Source: an uncultured bacterium
GTDB taxonomy: Bacteria > Verrucomicrobiota > Lentisphaeria > Victivallales > UBA1829
DNA length: 64,000 nt
NCBI GenBank assembly: GCA_949297765.1
Contig: CASFTV010000004.1
Coordinates: 85,115 to 149,114, forward strand
Direction: 5' to 3'
Shown: piece after piece, positions 20,046 to 30,847 of the stretch
Numbering within the stretch: the first letter of the stretch is position 1
Layout: every line of letters starts with the position of its first letter
The notes under the pieces: model-generated
What the model was told of the DNA's origin: nothing
Database searches by the model: none
The model's input: the letters and a program-made list of their open reading frames with translations, nothing else
Translations under genes and position numbers: made by a program

Positions 20046-23000
20046 ATGCAGAAAACCATTGTTCTTTCCTTGAGTCTGTTTGCTGTGCTTGCTCTCTCCG
20101 CGCTGGAGTTTCCTCCCCGGCAGCCGGAAGACCTGCTTTTCGAAGATTTTTCCGCGCTCGAACCGGGAGATGCCGTCCCGCCCGGCTGGAACATAAAAGG
20201 AGATCGTTCCTGTTTCAAGCTCGTAAAGGATGCGGGGAAAACGGTTCTGGAAATCCGGAATCCCGCCGGTCCGCAAAAGGAGTGCTATCTTTACAAAACA
20301 ATCGCACTGGATCCCCGCTGGGAGACCCTGCGACTTTCCGGGACCGCCTCCGCGCCGGAGATTCAGAACGGGGAAAAACCGTGGCATACGCTCCGGATCA
20401 TGCCGGTCTTCCGCGACAAGCAGAAAAAGAACATCCCGGTCTACCGCGGCGAAGACTGGTACCGGACACAGCCTTCCATGAGAACATTTTCTCAGATTCT
20501 GCAAATACCCACGGGAGCGGCCGATGTCACCCTTCAGATCGGATTTCTCGGAGGTTTCGGAACCGGACGCTTCCGGCAGGTCCGCCTGACCCCCGCCTCC
20601 TGGAGCAACATTGATTTCCCCGCCGCGGAAAAGATCCCGCCCGTGCTCCGGAAAAGTTCCGCGACCCGATCCGAACTGCTTTTGAACGGAGTCTGGAAAT
20701 TTCGTCCTGTCCGGGAAAAAACGGAAACGGGATACGGCTATATCCGAGTTCCCGGCGTATGGGCGGCGACACACAGCTGGCTGATTCCGCCGTTTGACTC
20801 CGTCCCGCGGCCGCCGGAAAATGCCGGCTGGACGGTGGATGAACTGAAAAACTGCTACGACGGAATGTATGAAAAAGAGCTGGAGATCCCCGCCGAATGG
20901 AAAGACCGGAGAATTTTTCTGACGCTTGACCGTGTCTGCAGTTTTGCGGAGATTCTTGTGGACGGGAAATCCGCGGGGACTGTCGGATGGCCCTGCGGAA
21001 AACAGGAATTGACAGATTGGATTTCACCGGGGAAAAAATGCCGTCTGAATCTGCTGGTGCACGCACGGCCCCGCGGAGAGTGGTCGGAGGATTTCGCCCA
21101 TTACGTCCCGGACCGCCGGAAAGGGGAGATCTACAACCGGGGACTGGCCGGAAGCATCACGCTGCATGCGCAGGAAAAAGGACCGTCCATTGAGTCGCTC
21201 TTCATCCGGACAAGCGTGCGGAAAAAGGAGATGGAAGTCGACGTGGAACTTCTGAATCCCGCGTTTTCCGGACCTGCGCAGATCCAGTTTCTGATCCGGG
21301 AATGGAAATCGGAAGACATCGTCCGCCGGGAAACGTTTTCCCGAACGCTCCGTCCGGGGAAAGAGCTCTCCATTGAAACGTTCCGCTTTTCATGGAACGA
21401 TCCGAAGCTGTGGGATTTTCAGCAGCCGAATCTTTACACGCTTGAAGTCATCGTCAGGACCTCCGCCGGGACGGATGCGCTCCGGGAACGGTTCGGCTTC
21501 CGGGAATTCCGGATTTCCGGAAAGGATTTTCTGCTGAACGAAACGAAGATCCGTCTCCGTCCGATAATGGAACTGCCGCGCATGGGCGGAACGGAGGAGG
21601 TCCTGCGCCACCACATGAACATCAAGATGGCGGCGGGATTCAACATTGTGGAAAACTGCATGAACAACCGGGTGGAGGAATACGGGAGCATCGCATTCCG
21701 TTCGGAACAGGCGGACATCTGCGACGAAAGCGGATTTCTCCAGATTCTCTCCACGGTCGACTTTTACCGTCTGGGCTACCGCCAGCCGATTCCCGACGAG
21801 ATGGCGAAGCAGTGGGAAAAGGAGTTTGTCCGCGACTGGAAACGTTTCCGGAATCATCCGAGCGTTGTCATGCTGGCCGCGGGCTTCAACCGGTTCAGTT
21901 CCGAACTGCAGCGTTCGCCGATGGCGGTTGGAAACGGAAAACGTCTGATCCCGGAATCCGGACCGGGAAAAACTCTGATGGATTCCGGGAACCGCATCAT
22001 GGAACTGATGCGGAAACATGATCCGACCCGCCCGGCCATTTCGCACGACAGCAGTGGAGTCGGAGCAGTCCACACTTCGAATGTGTATTTGAATTTCATT
22101 CCTCTGCAGGAGCGGGAGATGTGGCTCAGCGAATATGCCAAGAACGGGGACCGACCCTATATGGCGATCGAGTTCGGCTGTCCGGATGCCTACTCCTTCT
22201 CCCGCGGCCGGAGTCACCGGATTTACTCCATGGAACCGCTGGCGACGGAGTGGCTTGCCGTCTACCTCGGCGAACGCGCCTTTGCGGAGGAACCGGACTC
22301 CTACCGGAATCTGGTCACGGCGAACTGGCAGGCATACCGGAAATATTCCGCGTGGAATGTCATTCCGAAACTGCGGGAATATCCGATGATGCAGGAATTC
22401 ATGTCGCTGTTCATCCGGAACACCTGGCGGAGCTGGAGGACCTACGGCATCCCCGGCGGAATGGTCCCCTGGGGACAGGGACAGGGGTTCGACACACCCA
22501 AAGGCAACATCGTCAATCTCGGACTCACCCGGATCGGCGGAACAACGCCCGTATGCGGCGCAATGGATGAATTCGAGTTCAATTCCTGGGCGCCGAAGTA
22601 TGCCAATCCTGCGGGGAAGACCCTTCTTGCCCACAATGGCGCAACACTGGCTTATATCGGAGGGAAAAAAGATTCCTTTGTTTCCAAGGACCACACGTTC
22701 CGTTCCGGGGAAACGCTCGAAAAACAGCTTGTCGTCATCAACGACACCCGCGGGGAGGCCTCTTATGATTTCTCATGCAGAATGGTTCTGAACGGAGAGG
22801 AAAAAGCGCGGGAGATCCGCAGAATGCGGGGATCCGTCGGAGCGGCGGAGAATGCGTTTGTCCCGATAGCCTTTCCCCTTCCCCGGGTCCGGAAAAAAAC
22901 GGAAGGCCGGCTCATTCTCAGCGGGACTGTCGCCGGGAGAGAACACCGGGATGAATTTCCCTTTGCCGTCGTTCCCGCAAAATCCGGCGGCCAGACAGAG

Positions 23001-24821
23001 ATCCGCCTGTTTGACCGCGACGGAAAAACCGCGGAGAGGCTGAAAGATCTCGGATACCGGGTCAGGCGAATCGTCGAATTCCCGAAGCAGGCGGAAGGGC
23101 TGGTCATTGTCGGGGAACGGTCGATGGACATGCCCGAAATCAACTGGCAGGATGCGGACCGCTTTGTCCGCAACGGCGGACGCCTTCTGCTGCTTGCCGA
23201 TACGCCGGAGTATTACCGCAGCCGGTTCGGCTTCCGGGTGGCACCGCATATTGCCCGTCGATGTTATCCGGTTCAGAGCGCCGTCTCCACTTCTCCGTTT
23301 TTCCGGGAGATTTCCCCGGAGGATCTGCGGGACTGGCGCGGAGACGGGACTCTGGTTCCTGCGGCATCCGGTGTTTCGGAAGAGCGATTCCGCTTTCATG
23401 CGCCGCCTTACGGTTTTCACTGGGGGAACAAAGGAAGTGTCTGTTCGGCGCCCTTGGAAAAGCCTCACGCATCCGGCTGGCTTCCGCTGTTTGAGACCGA
23501 ATTCTCGCTTGCGTATTCTCCGCTGATGGAACTGCGGATCGGGCGCGGGCTTGTCCGGCTCTGCACGTTTGATTTTATTTCCAGAACGGAACACGATCCG
23601 GCGGCGGACAATCTGTTTCATTCCCTGATCTCGGATACGCGGGAAAGGCGCCCGGCACCTCTCCGGGAAACGTTTCTGATCGGAGGAACGCCGGAGGAAA
23701 AAAATCTGCTGAAAAAAATGGGCGTTCTCTTCCGGGAGCGGAAGGGGATCCCGGAATCGCCGGCCCCCCTGCTGATCCTCGGAAAGACGGCGGATCTCTC
23801 CGGGAAAGCCTTCCGGAAATTTCTGGAGTCCGGCGGACACGCGGTCCTGCTTCCCCGGTCCTCGGAAACGCCCGGATTCCAGGTCAGGAAAGGAGTTTTC
23901 GGCGTTACAAAACAGCTGCCGTCCAGGATTCCGGTTCTGCGCGGGCTTTCCCTCTCCGATTTTCATTTCAAGGCGGATGTCAAAGGAGAGGTTCTGCTTC
24001 CGGATTCTCCGAACTCCGTGACCGTTGCGAACGGGCTGATCGGAATTTACCGGACGGGGAACGGCGGGGAGGCGGTCCGTCTTCAGCTTCTTCCCGGAAT
24101 GATGCGGCCGGAGACTCTGGATTATATGAAAAACCCGGCATGGCGTGTAATGAGAATTCTTTCAAGGATTCTTGCCAATTCCGGAGCGGCGTTCCGCGGG
24201 GACGAATCGTTCCTGACGCGCGATCTCCGCAGGGAGATTCCTTCAAAGCTGGAATTCCCGGGAAGCTGGAAAGCCGAATTTGAGCGTCGCGAAACGCGAG
24301 TCCGGAAGATCGAAGACCGACTTGCTGACGGGAAAAATCTCGGAGAGGAGCGATCCTGGCATTTACGGACGTTTGACGACCGATCCTGGAATACCGTTCC
24401 TGTCGGCGGATACTATCAGGGAAGCTCGAATTATTTCGGAGACTGCAACGGCGTCCTCTGGTACCGCAGGACCTTCCATGTTCCGAAAGAGTGGAAAAAC
24501 TGGAAAATTCATCTGGATCTCGGCGTTGTGGACGATATGGATACCACCTATTTCAACGGGGTCCGGATCGGGCGGACAGACAAGAGCGTTCCGCTCTACT
24601 GGGTTCACAAACGGCGTTACCCGGTTCCATCGGAAATCATCCGCTTCGGAGCGGAAAACACGATTGCGGTCCGCGTGTTTGACGACTGGGCGCTCGGCGG
24701 AATTTTGAATATTCCAAAGCTGGTCCTTGAACGCCCGGACAGCGGAGTGCTGCATCTCTATTCCGACGACTACAATCCCGACCGCGACGGCGATGACGTC
24801 TACCTGTATTACAACTGGTAA
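20046..24821 (+). CDS. Giant secreted GH2-like glycosidase (1591 aa), paralog 2
   Basis: Collinear with 14394..19133. By eye roughly half of aligned residues are identical (e.g. [84 protein letters not shown]). Signal peptide MQKTIVLSLSLFAVLALSA. Confidence 0.75.
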   Translation: MQKTIVLSLSLFAVLALSALEFPPRQPEDLLFEDFSALEPGDAVPPGWNIKGDRSCFKLVKDAGKTVLEIRNPAGPQKECYLYKTIALDPRWETLRLSGTASAPEIQNGEKPWHTLRIMPVFRDKQKKNIPVYRGEDWYRTQPSMRTFSQILQIPTGAADVTLQIGFLGGFGTGRFRQVRLTPASWSNIDFPAAEKIPPVLRKSSATRSELLLNGVWKFRPVREKTETGYGYIRVPGVWAATHSWLIPPFDSVPRPPENAGWTVDELKNCYDGMYEKELEIPAEWKDRRIFLTLDRVCSFAEILVDGKSAGTVGWPCGKQELTDWISPGKKCRLNLLVHARPRGEWSEDFAHYVPDRRKGEIYNRGLAGSITLHAQEKGPSIESLFIRTSVRKKEMEVDVELLNPAFSGPAQIQFLIREWKSEDIVRRETFSRTLRPGKELSIETFRFSWNDPKLWDFQQPNLYTLEVIVRTSAGTDALRERFGFREFRISGKDFLLNETKIRLRPIMELPRMGGTEEVLRHHMNIKMAAGFNIVENCMNNRVEEYGSIAFRSEQADICDESGFLQILSTVDFYRLGYRQPIPDEMAKQWEKEFVRDWKRFRNHPSVVMLAAGFNRFSSELQRSPMAVGNGKRLIPESGPGKTLMDSGNRIMELMRKHDPTRPAISHDSSGVGAVHTSNVYLNFIPLQEREMWLSEYAKNGDRPYMAIEFGCPDAYSFSRGRSHRIYSMEPLATEWLAVYLGERAFAEEPDSYRNLVTANWQAYRKYSAWNVIPKLREYPMMQEFMSLFIRNTWRSWRTYGIPGGMVPWGQGQGFDTPKGNIVNLGLTRIGGTTPVCGAMDEFEFNSWAPKYANPAGKTLLAHNGATLAYIGGKKDSFVSKDHTFRSGETLEKQLVVINDTRGEASYDFSCRMVLNGEEKAREIRRMRGSVGAAENAFVPIAFPLPRVRKKTEGRLILSGTVAGREHRDEFPFAVVPAKSGGQTEIRLFDRDGKTAERLKDLGYRVRRIVEFPKQAEGLVIVGERSMDMPEINWQDADRFVRNGGRLLLLADTPEYYRSRFGFRVAPHIARRCYPVQSAVSTSPFFREISPEDLRDWRGDGTLVPAASGVSEERFRFHAPPYGFHWGNKGSVCSAPLEKPHASGWLPLFETEFSLAYSPLMELRIGRGLVRLCTFDFISRTEHDPAADNLFHSLISDTRERRPAPLRETFLIGGTPEEKNLLKKMGVLFRERKGIPESPAPLLILGKTADLSGKAFRKFLESGGHAVLLPRSSETPGFQVRKGVFGVTKQLPSRIPVLRGLSLSDFHFKADVKGEVLLPDSPNSVTVANGLIGIYRTGNGGEAVRLQLLPGMMRPETLDYMKNPAWRVMRILSRILANSGAAFRGDESFLTRDLRREIPSKLEFPGSWKAEFERRETRVRKIEDRLADGKNLGEERSWHLRTFDDRSWNTVPVGGYYQGSSNYFGDCNGVLWYRRTFHVPKEWKNWKIHLDLGVVDDMDTTYFNGVRIGRTDKSVPLYWVHKRRYPVPSEIIRFGAENTIAVRVFDDWALGGILNIPKLVLERPDSGVLHLYSDDYNPDRDGDDVYLYYNW

Positions 24822-25091
24822 CCCCCTCTTCGGACGCTCGACCGGAAGAGCTCCATCCCCTTTGCCGTCGAAAGCGGTTCCGCGGAAAGAAGACAAAATG
24901 GAAGACCGTCCGGAATCGCCATCGGCGGAGTGATGCCGCCGGATCGCCGGACAGACGAAAAAAAACAGAAAAGATCGCCGAAACCATCCGGGGATGCGCC
25001 GAACCCTCATGTTTTTCTTTTTTTTCTCTATTCATTTTCCGCGCGGGCGTGCTATCATTCAATTCATCAATAGAGAGGAAAGGAATTTTCC

Positions 25092-27113
25092 ATGCCACAG
25101 ACGACCCTTCGATATCCGGCGTATCCGCTGGTGGTTCACGATCCGTATTTCTCCATCTGGTCCTGCAGCGATCTTCTGGCGGATTCTTATCCCTGTCACT
25201 GGACGGGAGAGAAGCAGACCCTTTCCGGATTGATCCGGATTGACGGGAAAGCATATCGTTTTCTGAGTCCGGTTTCCGGGGTTCCGAGCCTTGAGCAGAA
25301 ATCGGTCCGGCTGCTGCCGACCCGGACCATCTATGTGTTCGAGGATGGCGGAATCCGCCTGACTCTGACCTTTCTGACACCGGCACTTCCGCATAAGCTC
25401 AATGTTCTCTCGCGTCCGGTTTCCTACATCTGTTTTGATACGGAATCCATTGACGGGAAAGCGCATGAGATTGCCGTTTATTTTGATGCGGACGGAGCGA
25501 TTTCCGTCAATACGCCCTCCGACAACATCACCTGGAGCCGCTGCCGCCATCAAGATCTTGAGCTGATGAGCGTCGGTTCCCAGGATCAGAAGATTCTTGC
25601 GAAAGCGGGGGACAATCTGCGGATCGACTGGGGCTACCTTTATCTGGGAATTCCTCACGAATTCCATGCAAAGACCGTTCTGGAGTCCAACTGCATCACG
25701 CGGAAGCAATTTCTTGCGCATGGAGACCTTCCCGTTTCCGACAATCTCAATATGCCGGAAGGCGCCCGGACGCACGGACTCTGCATGGCGGCGGTTCTTC
25801 CCATGGGAGTCGGAGCGGGGAAAAAGAGATCGAGCTATCTGCTTCTTGCCTATCATGATCGTTTTTCCATTGAATATCTCCATCGGCGGCTCTCCGGCTA
25901 CTGGACGCTCGAAACCCCCTCCTTTTCGGAACTGCTCTCCCTTTCCGTGCGGGAATATGCGGCGCTGGCGGATGAATGCGCACAATATGATTCCGAACTT
26001 CTGAAGGATGCGGAACGGGTCGGCGGGGAAAAATACGCGGATCTCTGCGCCGGAGCGTTCCGTCAGGCAATCGGCGCACACAAGCTGGTGGCGGATCTCG
26101 ACGGGACACCGCTGTTTTTCTCCAAGGAAAACTTTTCCAACGGCTGCATTGCCACCGTGGATGTCACCTATCCTTCCGCTCCGTTGTTTCTTCTGCTCCA
26201 GCCGGAACTGCTGAAGGGGATGCTGATTCCGATTCTGGAATATGCCTCCTCCCGCCGGTGGGGATTTCCGTTTGCCCCGCACGACCTCGGGACCTATCCA
26301 CTGGCGAACGGCCAGATCTATGGCGGGGGTGAACAGACCGAAGAAAATCAGATGCCGGTGGAAGAGTGCGGAAACATGCTCCTCCTCGCCGCAGCTCTTG
26401 TAAAATTCCACCACGATACCGCGTTTATCCGCAAATACCGGGAAAAACTGAACCAGTGGGCGGAATACCTGCTGGAAAAAGGATACGACCCGGAACATCA
26501 GCTCTGCTCCGATGATTTTGCCGGACATCTTGCCCACAATACGAATCTCTCCATAAAAGCGATTCTTGCACTGGGGAGCGCGGCATTTCTGGCGGAGCAG
26601 ATCGGAGATCCGGACCGGGCGGAACACTTTGCGTCGGCGGCGCGCACCTTTGCGGAACGCTGGGTCCGGGATGCGGATGACGGACAATGGTTCCGGCTGG
26701 CATTTGACCGGAAAGGAAGCTGGAGCCAGAAATACAATCTTGTCTGGGACCGTCTCCTGGATCTTCATCTTTTTCCCGCCTCCGTGGCGGAGAAGGAACT
26801 GGCACACTACAAAACCGTCCAGAACCGTTACGGGCTTCCTCTGGACTGCCGGAAAACCTACACCAAGATCGACTGGATCCTCTGGTGCGCTTCTCTGACA
26901 GGCCGAAAAGAGGATTTTCAGGCGCTTCTGGAACCGGTCCACGCATGGATGACGGAATCCGTATCCAGAGTCCCGATGACAGACTGGTATGAAACACTCG
27001 AAGACGGCCGCCAGATCGGTTTTCAGGCACGGTCCGTCGTCGGAGGACTCTTTATAAAAATGCTGGACGATCCCTCTCTGATCGAAAAGTGGAGACGTCT
27101 TCTGAAAAACTGA
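25092..27113 (+). CDS. Glutaminase-A-like DUF4964/DUF5127/DUF4965/DUF1793 family protein (six-hairpin glycosidase-like fold)
   Basis: N-terminus PLVVHDPYFSIWSCSD...HWTGEKQTLSGLIRIDGKAYRFL matches my memory of this family. 673 aa, no signal peptide. Confidence 0.65.
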   Translation: MPQTTLRYPAYPLVVHDPYFSIWSCSDLLADSYPCHWTGEKQTLSGLIRIDGKAYRFLSPVSGVPSLEQKSVRLLPTRTIYVFEDGGIRLTLTFLTPALPHKLNVLSRPVSYICFDTESIDGKAHEIAVYFDADGAISVNTPSDNITWSRCRHQDLELMSVGSQDQKILAKAGDNLRIDWGYLYLGIPHEFHAKTVLESNCITRKQFLAHGDLPVSDNLNMPEGARTHGLCMAAVLPMGVGAGKKRSSYLLLAYHDRFSIEYLHRRLSGYWTLETPSFSELLSLSVREYAALADECAQYDSELLKDAERVGGEKYADLCAGAFRQAIGAHKLVADLDGTPLFFSKENFSNGCIATVDVTYPSAPLFLLLQPELLKGMLIPILEYASSRRWGFPFAPHDLGTYPLANGQIYGGGEQTEENQMPVEECGNMLLLAAALVKFHHDTAFIRKYREKLNQWAEYLLEKGYDPEHQLCSDDFAGHLAHNTNLSIKAILALGSAAFLAEQIGDPDRAEHFASAARTFAERWVRDADDGQWFRLAFDRKGSWSQKYNLVWDRLLDLHLFPASVAEKELAHYKTVQNRYGLPLDCRKTYTKIDWILWCASLTGRKEDFQALLEPVHAWMTESVSRVPMTDWYETLEDGRQIGFQARSVVGGLFIKMLDDPSLIEKWRRLLKN

Positions 27114-27296
27114 TTTCCGGCGCTCTCATTCCGTCGTTTTCCCACGGCATTCATCCTCCGCGGCGGCAGCGGCTCCCCGCAACCCCTTCAGGAACGGGGC
27201 GGAATGGAAAACTTTCCCGCCAACGCCGCTGCGGAGGGAGAAGAAACAGACGGTATCCGGAGTCTCCCCTCCCCCGCAGAGAAAGAAATTGAAGCG

Positions 27297-30041
27297 TCAC
27301 ATGCTTTCCAGAGAGAATTTGCGGACCTCAAATTCACATCCCGGCTGTTTCCATGCGAACAGCGAGAGCGTGACAGATTCCGCACCGGGAGGCGCGATGA
27401 ATTCACATTCGAGGGGCATCCATTTTTCCGAAAGCTGGACCCGGGAGACCAGATCCAGACGCTTCAAGCCTTTTCCACCCGCGATCATCTGAAAGCGGGC
27501 GGATCCGCGGACTTCCAGACGGACTCGATACCGGACGCCCCGCACGACCGGGACCGAGGGGGTTGTCACGCCGGAACAGACCGGGGACGTTCCGATCACC
27601 TTGACCCAGTCGAATCCATTGCTTGATCCGAACTGCAGGGAATAATCCTTGTTCCATGCTTTCCGGTTCAGATCCTTCTGGGAGAGGATCGTTTTTCCAC
27701 CCCCGGATACGGTCAGAGTTCCATAGAGGAGGGGATTTTTTTCCCCGCCGATGCCGCTTCCCCATTCCAGATATCCGGTTCTTCCGCTGCCGTCGCAGCA
27801 GTTGGCGAGGATGGAAAAGCGCAGAACCGGCGAACGGGAGAATTCCAGCGGAAAGAGTTCCGAAGCCTCAATGCGGATCCGGTAGACGGACGTGTTTCCG
27901 GAACGGACCATGGAAGCATCGGCGAACCGGATGCGTTCCCCCTCCATGGTATAGTGATAAGGCAGGTCCCCGCCGATCCCGGCGGCCTTGCTTTTCCAGA
28001 GATCGACCGATCCGTCGGGCCGGGCGACCGCGAGAATTTCAATGCGCTCCTCCTTCATTCCGCAATTCCGGGTATCGAACGCGAACTGCAGAGAGTCGAA
28101 GTTCCAGCTTTTCAGAGAACTTTCGGGCGCATAATGAAGTGCATCCGGGATTTCCACTGCAAGCTCGATTTCCTTCGGCGAGACGGCAAGGGTGAACCGT
28201 CCGGGAGACGGCGTTTTCCCCGTTTTTCCGTCTGTGCGGACAAACTGTTTCAGGGGAAGCCACGGAACGGTGTCGGGATCCTGGATTTTCCCTGTTTTCC
28301 CGAAAAGCGCAGAGGTCCGGTAGGTTCCTTTGAAGCGTTCGTCCAGTTTCCGTCCGAAGGAGCGGAGCGACAGCACATCATCGCGATTCTTCCAGCGGGC
28401 GACAACCGCCGGATCCGGATTGCGGAGAATGTAATACGTCTCCGGTTCCAGTCGGAGATCCTTTCCCGCGGACATCCGCTTTCCTTCCGCATTCAGAAGC
28501 TCCGAGGAGGGGGAGAGCGCCTCCAGCAGCGATTTTGCGATTCTCCCGGGAGTTTTCTTCCCGTTCCAGAGAATCAGCAGAGGTCCGTTGTCGGAGGTCA
28601 GATACTGAGCATACTGGCCTTCCGCGGCGAAATGATAGCCGTCGAGCACCCGGATCCGTCCCTGAATCTGACGGACAAAATTATGCCAGGCAACCGCCGG
28701 ATAGCGGGGCTGAATATACGGCATCCGTCGGAACAGACCGGAGACATGCGTTCCGCGTTTGTATTTCCGGTGAAATGCCAGAGTCTCCTTTTCGATCTTC
28801 GGGAGATTCAGGATGCAGAAGAAATCCACCTCTTCGACACCGTTGCGGATCTGGTTGAGAAAATCCAGCAGCATCGTCCGGGCAAGGAGACGCTCGGAAG
28901 GATAGCTGCTGCTGTTCGGGTTCAGAAGCATGGCATGCCATTCCGACGACACCACCGGCTTTTCCGGAACACGGTATTTTCTTTCGAGCTGATGGAAGGG
29001 CCGGGGATCCATCCAGCTCCCGTGCAGAGGCAGGACATCGAAATACTTCCCTCCGCCCAGTTCGAGGAGTTTCCGGTAGAATGCAAGATACCGCATCCCG
29101 ATTCCGCCGAGCCACACGACCGCATCGTGTTTTTCCTGCTTGACCGTTTCGTATCCGCTTTTCAAAAGTTTTACAAAGTTTTCCGGCGTATCCGCCCAGA
29201 AGCAGCTGAACCCGGGAAGATGCGGTTCATTCCAGAGCTCGTAGCGGCGGATGGATGGATAACGTCGCACAACGAGACGCAGGAAATTCTCCCAGTCCTT
29301 CCGATCGGTCGGCATGACCGTGCTGAACTCCCGGATGCAGACATTGACCCATGTTGCCTCCGGCCGTGTACTGGCCCAGCGCGGAATACCCATGATGTTG
29401 AACGTGATCTGCTCTCCGGAAAACCCGTTTTTCTCTGCGAGGCGCATGAATTCATCAATCGCTTCCCAGCGGAATTCCCCTTTCCGCGGTTCGATCTGCT
29501 CCCAGGAGATGGCGTGAATCCGGATGGAGTGGAATCCGACCAGACGCATCAGCGGCAGAGCCTCCCGGAAAGCGCCGAAATGCGGCGATGCACCGAAGTG
29601 CGGCGAAATCCGCTTCGGTTCGGGGGTGTTCCCCGGCACCACGGCAAACGCATGCCGCCCGACGGGGAACTCCTGTTCGGCAAGCGTGATGATTTTTTTC
29701 CGGTCGATTTCGTCCCATTTCCGCAGCGTCAGACGATAGCTTTCCGTCACGGTCTTTCCGTTCCGCAGGAATTCCGCTTCGAAGAATCCCGGATGCGGCG
29801 CCTTCCAGCGCCACCCGTCGTGCTGAAACGTCTCCGTGCGAATCGTCTCTTCGGCGACTTTTTTCCCGGCGGAGTCATAGACCCGAACCGTCATGGACTC
29901 CTCTTTCGGCAGAGGTGTTTCCGTTTTGAAGACAACCGGTTCATCCAGGACAAACCAGTTTCCGAATTTCGGACTGCGGATTTTCAGTTCCGCCGCATTC
30001 AGCAGAACCGCACAGGACAACAGCAGGAATATCTGTTTCAT
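27297..30041 (-). CDS. Secreted multidomain glycoside hydrolase: clan GH-A barrel, CBM9-like, CBM4/9-like
   Basis: 914 aa. Signal peptide MKQIFLLLSCAVLLNAAE. Motifs: GFHSIRIHAISWEQIEPRKGEFRW, RRYELWNEPHLPGF, middle SWNFDSLQFAFD, C-terminal YRVRLEVRGSARFQ...WMPLECEF. Confidence 0.7.
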   Translation of the reverse strand: MKQIFLLLSCAVLLNAAELKIRSPKFGNWFVLDEPVVFKTETPLPKEESMTVRVYDSAGKKVAEETIRTETFQHDGWRWKAPHPGFFEAEFLRNGKTVTESYRLTLRKWDEIDRKKIITLAEQEFPVGRHAFAVVPGNTPEPKRISPHFGASPHFGAFREALPLMRLVGFHSIRIHAISWEQIEPRKGEFRWEAIDEFMRLAEKNGFSGEQITFNIMGIPRWASTRPEATWVNVCIREFSTVMPTDRKDWENFLRLVVRRYPSIRRYELWNEPHLPGFSCFWADTPENFVKLLKSGYETVKQEKHDAVVWLGGIGMRYLAFYRKLLELGGGKYFDVLPLHGSWMDPRPFHQLERKYRVPEKPVVSSEWHAMLLNPNSSSYPSERLLARTMLLDFLNQIRNGVEEVDFFCILNLPKIEKETLAFHRKYKRGTHVSGLFRRMPYIQPRYPAVAWHNFVRQIQGRIRVLDGYHFAAEGQYAQYLTSDNGPLLILWNGKKTPGRIAKSLLEALSPSSELLNAEGKRMSAGKDLRLEPETYYILRNPDPAVVARWKNRDDVLSLRSFGRKLDERFKGTYRTSALFGKTGKIQDPDTVPWLPLKQFVRTDGKTGKTPSPGRFTLAVSPKEIELAVEIPDALHYAPESSLKSWNFDSLQFAFDTRNCGMKEERIEILAVARPDGSVDLWKSKAAGIGGDLPYHYTMEGERIRFADASMVRSGNTSVYRIRIEASELFPLEFSRSPVLRFSILANCCDGSGRTGYLEWGSGIGGEKNPLLYGTLTVSGGGKTILSQKDLNRKAWNKDYSLQFGSSNGFDWVKVIGTSPVCSGVTTPSVPVVRGVRYRVRLEVRGSARFQMIAGGKGLKRLDLVSRVQLSEKWMPLECEFIAPPGAESVTLSLFAWKQPGCEFEVRKFSLESM

Positions 30042-30067
30042 AAGGGACCTCCATTCCGATTCCTTGT

Positions 30068-30835
30068 TCAGAGCGCACCGGCGGACACATGATAGGTTCC
30101 GCCCCAGAAGTAGCCGACATAGGTGCTCAGGAGAACTCTGGATCCATCCAGGCTTGCCGCATGACCGTCCACGAAACCGGTATTGAGCGTACTTCCCTCG
30201 CCGTGACGGATTCTCTGTCCGATATAGGATTCCAGTCCGCTGCCTTTGGCTTTTGCGCAGAACACCGCGTTGACCGTCTTGGCGATGGAGCTTTTGCTGA
30301 CCTTGTATGCTTCGTCCGAATCACAGAGCAGCATGGTTTTCCCGGGCTGCTTGAAAAAGCCCGTCCGTTTGTAGTCCATGCCGGACTCCGTGTTGTTCGA
30401 AGCGGGATTCTTCATGTGAAAATTCAAGTTGAATCCATACCCGAGCACCATATAAACAGAAGAGGAGGACGGCCGATAGTTCGGACAGTTGAAAACGGTT
30501 TTCATTTTGGCCCGCTTCTGAATCTCGTCGTTGGTCAGAGGCGTTTCCCCGGGACGGTAGTAATGCCAGAGACGGGGAAACCAGGAGCCGGTCAGCTGAT
30601 TGTCGTCATTGTTCCCCTGCGCAATCACAATATAGTCATCGTTGTCCGAAGAATACATTCCGGAGAACAGGCCCAGCTGCTTGATGTTGCTGACACACTG
30701 AATGTTGCGCGCCTTCTCCCGGGCCATGTTCAGCGAGGGAAGAAGAAGCCCCGCAAGAATCGCGAGAATTGCGATCGTGACCAGAAGTTCAATCAGTGAA
30801 AAGCGCCTGCGTTCAAAAAACATGTTCTGCTGCAT
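30068..30835 (-). CDS. Pilin-like protein, prepilin-type N-terminus plus H-X9-DG-like motif (P3)
   Basis: N-terminus [56 protein letters not shown]-terminal [22 protein letters not shown] sits 5 nt upstream of the ATG. Confidence 0.85.
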   Translation of the reverse strand: MQQNMFFERRRFSLIELLVTIAILAILAGLLLPSLNMAREKARNIQCVSNIKQLGLFSGMYSSDNDDYIVIAQGNNDDNQLTGSWFPRLWHYYRPGETPLTNDEIQKRAKMKTVFNCPNYRPSSSSVYMVLGYGFNLNFHMKNPASNNTESGMDYKRTGFFKQPGKTMLLCDSDEAYKVSKSSIAKTVNAVFCAKAKGSGLESYIGQRIRHGEGSTLNTGFVDGHAASLDGSRVLLSTYVGYFWGGTYHVSAGAL

Positions 30836-30847
30836 ACGATCTCCTTT

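Noticed and set aside
24950-25035. An A-run / T-run imperfect inverted repeat (GAAAAAAAACAGAAAAG ... TTTTTCTTTTTTTTCTC) between operon B genes, considered as a terminator or mobile-element end.
   Set aside because: The arms are low-complexity homopolymer-like and pair imperfectly. The roughly 40-nt loop is not terminator-like, and there are no target-site duplications or a transposase.
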